Positions 16,824 to 20,945 of a DNA stretch of 20,945 nt are shown one piece after another (position 1 is the stretch's first letter; every line of letters begins with the position of its first letter). The translations under genes and the position numbers were made by a program. The DNA comes from Methanobacteriaceae archaeon (GTDB lineage Archaea > Methanobacteriota > Methanobacteria > Methanobacteriales > Methanobacteriaceae): NCBI GenBank assembly GCA_003558085.1, contig PWMT01000091.1:1-20945 (forward strand). Reading direction: 5' to 3'. Below the pieces are notes generated by a model. The model had not been told where the DNA came from. It searched no databases and saw nothing but the letters and a program-made list of their open reading frames with translations.

Positions 16824-18242
16824 ATGTTAGATCCCCAAGATTTCTCCATTAAAACTGAACTGGCCCCTGCCTATTATAACCAAGTTATAGATTTTATTTA
16901 CAAATATTATTTTTATCCCCAACCTGATAAATTCAAGGAAATTGAAAAAACTATTAGGGATGGTAAAACTTATTTAAATTTCATTTATACTGATAATGAT
17001 GGTGAAATTAAAGGAAAAATTAAATCTGGAAAAGAAGTAAAAGTTAAATTAAAAATTATAGGAGAAGTCTCTTCCCGTACTTTGGATAAATTAGCTGAAG
17101 ATATTTTTATTGCGGTTCAAATTTTTGAAGAAAATGTACGTCAACACACCATCTATTTTGCCTGGGTAGAAGGACAAAAGATAATACCAGAAAAACCACC
17201 TAACATTAGAAAGAAAACCTCTAAAAAACTTTTTGGTAGTAATTTAATCGTGCTTTTAGCTCTATTTTTCATAATAAACATATCATTGTTTCTATTATTC
17301 GGTCTATTCATTGCTCTTATTCTGATTATTTTAATACAACTTTTAGTGGTTATATTCGCCTATAAAGTTTTCATGATTACTGCGGATTGGAAGATCACTC
17401 CTGAAAATCCCAATATTCACATCATGCAGTATCAACTTCCTGAGGATGAGTACAAATTCTTTGAAAAACAATTAGGTAAAAATGCGCTTATCGAGATTAA
17501 AAAAGAGATTTATGATTCCACTTTGGCCCAGGGAGTTCCACCTACCTGTGAGATGGGAGAGGAAATATTAAATAAGTATGGTTTTAAGTGCAATCCTCTC
17601 CAATCCACTTATAAGGTTATAAATGTTTATGATATTGTAGAAGAGGCCGCTGAAAAATTTGATTTAGATCTGCCTCAGATTATTATCAATAATAATCTAC
17701 TGCCTAATGCAGCTGCTACCGGGCCCAGCCCCAATCGGGGTCTGGTATTGATCACTACCGGACTTTTAGTTCAACTTAATCAAGAAGAAATATTAGCTGT
17801 AGTAGGACATGAAATGGGTCATCTGGTAGGTAGAGATCCTATCATACTCTTTGCATTAATATCAGGGGAATTTATATTACGCCTGACGGTTCTCTTACCC
17901 ATTGTTATCATAAATCCCATCGTCTACTTAATTGTAGCTATGGGTCTAATATTTTTCGTGGCTAAATTTTTCGAGGCACGTGCAGATCTATTATCCGTAA
18001 TCAAAATTGGAAAACCTGAAATATTAGCCCAATCATTGCGTAAAATCGCTTATCAAAAATTACAAATTGAGAGATTTGCTTCTTACCGTATTTCTAGCTG
18101 GATAGGTTGGGATCCTCACCCCCCTATTTATTTTAGAGTAAAAAGATTAGAGAAAATGAAAAATGTGGAGGAAATAGAAAATCCTTTAATACAATCGGTT
18201 AAGGATGTTTTCAGTGGATTTAAAGCTGCTTTTAAAAAATAA
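16824..18242 (+). CDS. M48 family (HtpX-like) membrane Zn metalloprotease with long N-terminal extension
   Basis: PNAAATG, ITTGLL, HEMGH, EARAD and HP....R motifs; two hydrophobic TM blocks. Confidence 0.88.
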   Translation: MLDPQDFSIKTELAPAYYNQVIDFIYKYYFYPQPDKFKEIEKTIRDGKTYLNFIYTDNDGEIKGKIKSGKEVKVKLKIIGEVSSRTLDKLAEDIFIAVQIFEENVRQHTIYFAWVEGQKIIPEKPPNIRKKTSKKLFGSNLIVLLALFFIINISLFLLFGLFIALILIILIQLLVVIFAYKVFMITADWKITPENPNIHIMQYQLPEDEYKFFEKQLGKNALIEIKKEIYDSTLAQGVPPTCEMGEEILNKYGFKCNPLQSTYKVINVYDIVEEAAEKFDLDLPQIIINNNLLPNAAATGPSPNRGLVLITTGLLVQLNQEEILAVVGHEMGHLVGRDPIILFALISGEFILRLTVLLPIVIINPIVYLIVAMGLIFFVAKFFEARADLLSVIKIGKPEILAQSLRKIAYQKLQIERFASYRISSWIGWDPHPPIYFRVKRLEKMKNVEEIENPLIQSVKDVFSGFKAAFKK

Positions 18243-18245
18243 TCA

Positions 18246-18265
18246 TTTTTTTAAAAATTTTTTTT
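18246..18265 (+). terminator. Oligo-T terminator of the protease gene
   Basis: T7 and T8 tracts immediately after the stop codon. Confidence 0.5.
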
Positions 18266-18430
18266 CTCTAACTGGTACATCCTTCGCTATATATTTTTTT
18301 AGATTAGTACAGAGTAAATATTGAGGAGTGCATAATCAATTTTTATTACATCCCTTTGCATAAGAGTATCTAGTTAATTTGGCCCTATATTAGTTCTTAA
18401 TTTAAAATTAAAAATAAGATGATTTAATAT

Positions 18431-18805
18431 TTAAATGGCCTCAATGAGGGATGATAGATCAATTTTTTCTATTTCCTGGCAATCTCTAAGTCCATATTTT
18501 TTACAGAGATAATCTGTATTTATCTTATTTATTATCTCTTCAAAAGTAGCATCTTCATTTACATTATAATCAAAAGATTGCTTTTTAATATCTTCTAAAG
18601 CCAGAATAGATTCTTCTAAGAAATCTGCTGCATTTTCCATTTGCACTAATTTTTTTACCTGGGGATTTCCATCTAGGTTCCGGGAGAATAATTCATTATC
18701 CAGGCCTTCTAAAAAAAACTTTTTTAATAATTTTTTTTGAGAAAGATACTTGTAAATAATTATTAATTTTTCTTGCAATTCTACAGCTTCTACTTTATTA
18801 AGCAT
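18431..18805 (-). CDS. Hypothetical protein (helical, acidic C-terminus)
   Basis: 124-aa ORF filling the intergenic gap, AAGGAG SD upstream, no recognisable motif. Confidence 0.7.
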   Translation of the reverse strand: MLNKVEAVELQEKLIIIYKYLSQKKLLKKFFLEGLDNELFSRNLDGNPQVKKLVQMENAADFLEESILALEDIKKQSFDYNVNEDATFEEIINKINTDYLCKKYGLRDCQEIEKIDLSSLIEAI

Positions 18806-18973
18806 AAACAGACTCCTTTACCATATTTTTGTTCACATTATTATAGATATGATATATTCCTAGAGATAATAAAATCAGGAAATATTAATAAAACCTAGTC
18901 AGGATATTTATAAATACTTTAAATCCTAGTTAAATTAAAACTAATTCTTAGTTTTATGGTAGGTGAAATAGTA

Positions 18974-19213
18974 ATGGTTACTTATAAAATAGAAATGGAT
19001 CGTTTGATGTGCATATCCTGCGGTAATTGTGTTGAAACTTGTCCTGATTTGTGGGAAATGGCTGAAGATGGCCTATCTAATCTTAAAAACTCTGAAATTG
19101 ATAATGATATTCAAAAAAAAGAAATTGGGGATTTAGGTTGTAGTTTAGAGGCTGCTGAGAAATGTCCGGTTTTATGCATCACTGTTTTTGAGGACGGGGC
19201 GGAATTGGTTTAA
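18974..19213 (+). CDS. Monocluster ferredoxin
   Basis: CISCGNC...CP plus distal AAEKCPV; acidic. ATG at 18974 sits behind an AGGTGA SD (18961-18966) and is preferred to 18956. Confidence 0.88.
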   Translation: MVTYKIEMDRLMCISCGNCVETCPDLWEMAEDGLSNLKNSEIDNDIQKKEIGDLGCSLEAAEKCPVLCITVFEDGAELV

Positions 19214-19244
19214 AGTTAAATTAATTATTAGTTTAAGGGATACG

Positions 19245-20219
19245 ATGTTTGAGCAGATTAAACCAGAATATTATAAACTAACTAATTTTAAATTTGAATC
19301 CGGAGAGCGAATTGCCTCCCTGCAGGTGGAATATTCTACGTTAGGAGTTCCATTTAAAGACGATCAAGGTTACATTACCAATGCCATTGTTTATGTGCAT
19401 GGTTGGAGTGGAGATTTTTCTTCTGTTGAACGTTTGAAAGATTTAACCGGTCCAGGTAAACCTTTAGATATAAATAAATATTTCATAATCTCTCCCACTG
19501 CACTAGGTTCTCCAGGATCTGCTTCTCCTTCCACTACCAATTTAGGAGCTGATTTTCCACAGTATAATATCCGGGACATGGTGAATTTTCTACAAACTTT
19601 TATTAAAGAAAAATTTCCCATAAAACACTTAAAAGGAATAATCGGTAACTCCATGGGCGGATTTCAAGCCTTAACCTGGGCGGTTTTATACCCAGATGAT
19701 ATGGACTTTATAATCCCTCTAGTTTCCTCTTACCAATCTAAAGGCTGGAATTTTGCTTTATTTTACTATATGAATTCCCTTATAGAGAATGATCCTGAAT
19801 ATCTAGGCGGAGCTTACACAAAAAATCCTTCACGTATAACTGCAGCTGCTTCCCAGTTTATGTACCTATTTGGTTTTTCCAGGGATCACTATCAAAACAG
19901 TGATAATCATGAAATTGCAGATTCAATGGCTATAATGGGTGAAGAAGGATCTTTAAGGGATGCTAACGATATAGTTTGGAGGAATAGAGCTGCTATGGCC
20001 TATAATATAAAAAACGTAGTCAATAAGATCCAGGCCAAAACTTTGATAATTGCAATTAAAGAAGACCTATATTTCCCTCCAGAATATGATGCCCTACCAC
20101 TTTCTGAAGCTATACCTGGAGCAGATTTATTAATTTATAGTTCTAAATGGGGGCATGTAGGATCCCAGGAAATAATTAAGATTGAACAAGAATTAGCACA
20201 GTTTTTAAATAAAATTTAA
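19245..20219 (+). CDS. Alpha/beta hydrolase, homoserine O-acetyltransferase (MetX)-like
   Basis: FKFESGE, GPGKPLD..KYFII, FP..NIRDMV, nucleophile GNSMGG, EDLYFP (Asp) and WGH (His). ATG at 19245 follows AAGGGA and avoids overlap with the ferredoxin. Confidence 0.82.
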   Translation: MFEQIKPEYYKLTNFKFESGERIASLQVEYSTLGVPFKDDQGYITNAIVYVHGWSGDFSSVERLKDLTGPGKPLDINKYFIISPTALGSPGSASPSTTNLGADFPQYNIRDMVNFLQTFIKEKFPIKHLKGIIGNSMGGFQALTWAVLYPDDMDFIIPLVSSYQSKGWNFALFYYMNSLIENDPEYLGGAYTKNPSRITAAASQFMYLFGFSRDHYQNSDNHEIADSMAIMGEEGSLRDANDIVWRNRAAMAYNIKNVVNKIQAKTLIIAIKEDLYFPPEYDALPLSEAIPGADLLIYSSKWGHVGSQEIIKIEQELAQFLNKI

Positions 20220-20233
20220 GCATATAATTATAA

Positions 20234-20310
20234 TTAGGGAGGGATTAATCTTATTATATTTTTGGAGTTAGGTAGGATTAATCGTATTATGGGAATTAGG
20301 GGGATTAATT
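20234..20310 (+). repeat. Three degenerate copies of an SD-containing unit TTAGG(N)nGGATTAAT
   Basis: ttagggagggattaatcttattat (20234), ttaggtaggattaatcgtattat (20268) and ttagggggattaatt (20296); the last directly precedes the TTG start. Confidence 0.65.
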
Positions 20311-20595
20311 TTGCAGGTTAAAGTAATTGATTATGGATTTAAAGAGGAAATAGAACTTAATTATGTAAGATATCGGGTTAGTGGTTTGGATAAAAAGTCT
20401 CTAGAAAAAGTATATACTAGTTTAGAAGAAGAAATGGAAATAGATTCTCAAGATTTGATTATTACACTCTATTTTCCTCCAGAATATTATCCTTTCGGAT
20501 CCAATGAAGCTCAACTTCGATTGCAAGATTTCATTTCCCGGGAAGAAATCGAGATGACTGTATTCTTATCCAGCATTTTAGAAGAAAATTTATGA
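20311..20595 (+). CDS. Small acidic hypothetical protein (resembles DUF5750 family from memory)
   Basis: 94-aa ORF with AGGGGGA SD and TTG start; YYPFGS..A...DF..REEIEM..FLS motif. Confidence 0.7.
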   Translation: MQVKVIDYGFKEEIELNYVRYRVSGLDKKSLEKVYTSLEEEMEIDSQDLIITLYFPPEYYPFGSNEAQLRLQDFISREEIEMTVFLSSILEENL

Positions 20596-20611
20596 CTAAG
20601 GAAGACTTATT

Positions 20612-20869
20612 TTGAACCTCACCCTTAAAAAACTACAAAAAACATCTAAAGGATGGATGGTAATATTTTTAATCGATTTAGAAGCTAAAAACATCTCTCT
20701 ATTTTTAAATAAATATTCTAGATACTTAAGGGATTACGAAATAATAATTAAAAATAAGAAACTATATTTAAAACGATATTTTCAAAGATTAGAGCCCTGG
20801 GAAGACGAGACTACAGAGGCCGTGGTCAAGAGTATTGAATTAGAATTAAAAGCATTGATAAATAAATGA
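20612..20869 (+). CDS. Hypothetical protein
   Basis: 85-aa ORF with AAGGA SD and TTG start, 16 nt after the previous gene. Confidence 0.6.
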   Translation: MNLTLKKLQKTSKGWMVIFLIDLEAKNISLFLNKYSRYLRDYEIIIKNKKLYLKRYFQRLEPWEDETTEAVVKSIELELKALINK

Positions 20870-20945
20870 TTATTAAATTTTAATCTATTTTAGGCTTGGA
20901 TTTTAATTTTAACAACATTAGAGATATTAAGATAACCCCCACCAA

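Noticed and set aside
18270-18365. TACATCC and TGCATAA short direct repeats and a 20-codon minus-strand ORF (MQRDVIKIDYALLNIYSVLI)
   Set aside because: 7-nt matches and an SD-less short ORF are within chance expectation.
19188-19244. N-terminal extension of the MetX-like ORF overlapping the ferredoxin
   Set aside because: The TTG at 19188 lies within the ferredoxin gene; ATG at 19245 has an SD and fits the family's N-terminus.

Overview
AT-rich archaeal chromosomal segment. It looks like a Methanobacteriaceae-type methanogen, judged from GGTGA/GGGGTGA Shine-Dalgarno sites, TTTATATA boxes, TTG starts and gene content; the taxonomy is inferred, not searched. It holds about 21 likely CDSs: a Cys-rich DUF2769-like protein, a SAM methyltransferase, Lhr helicase with a metallophosphoesterase, a MenA/UbiA-like prenyltransferase, a HEAT-repeat protein, a C50-carotenoid-type cluster (crtI/crtD-crtB-lyeJ with convergent cruF), a nitrilase-family amidase, a [2Fe-2S]-radical SAM fusion, a MoxR/VWA pair, nucS, an M48 protease, a ferredoxin, a MetX-like hydrolase and small hypotheticals. 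I saw no rRNA, tRNA, CRISPR array or mobile element. Three signals stand out. (1) A probable stand-alone ~180-nt minus-strand small RNA (692->511) has its own BRE/TATA promoter, four hairpins and four exposed anti-Shine-Dalgarno motifs. (2) A bacterioruberin-type gene set sits in what appears to be a strict anaerobe. (3) A perfect 102-bp palindrome opens the window and is probably a fold-back artefact.
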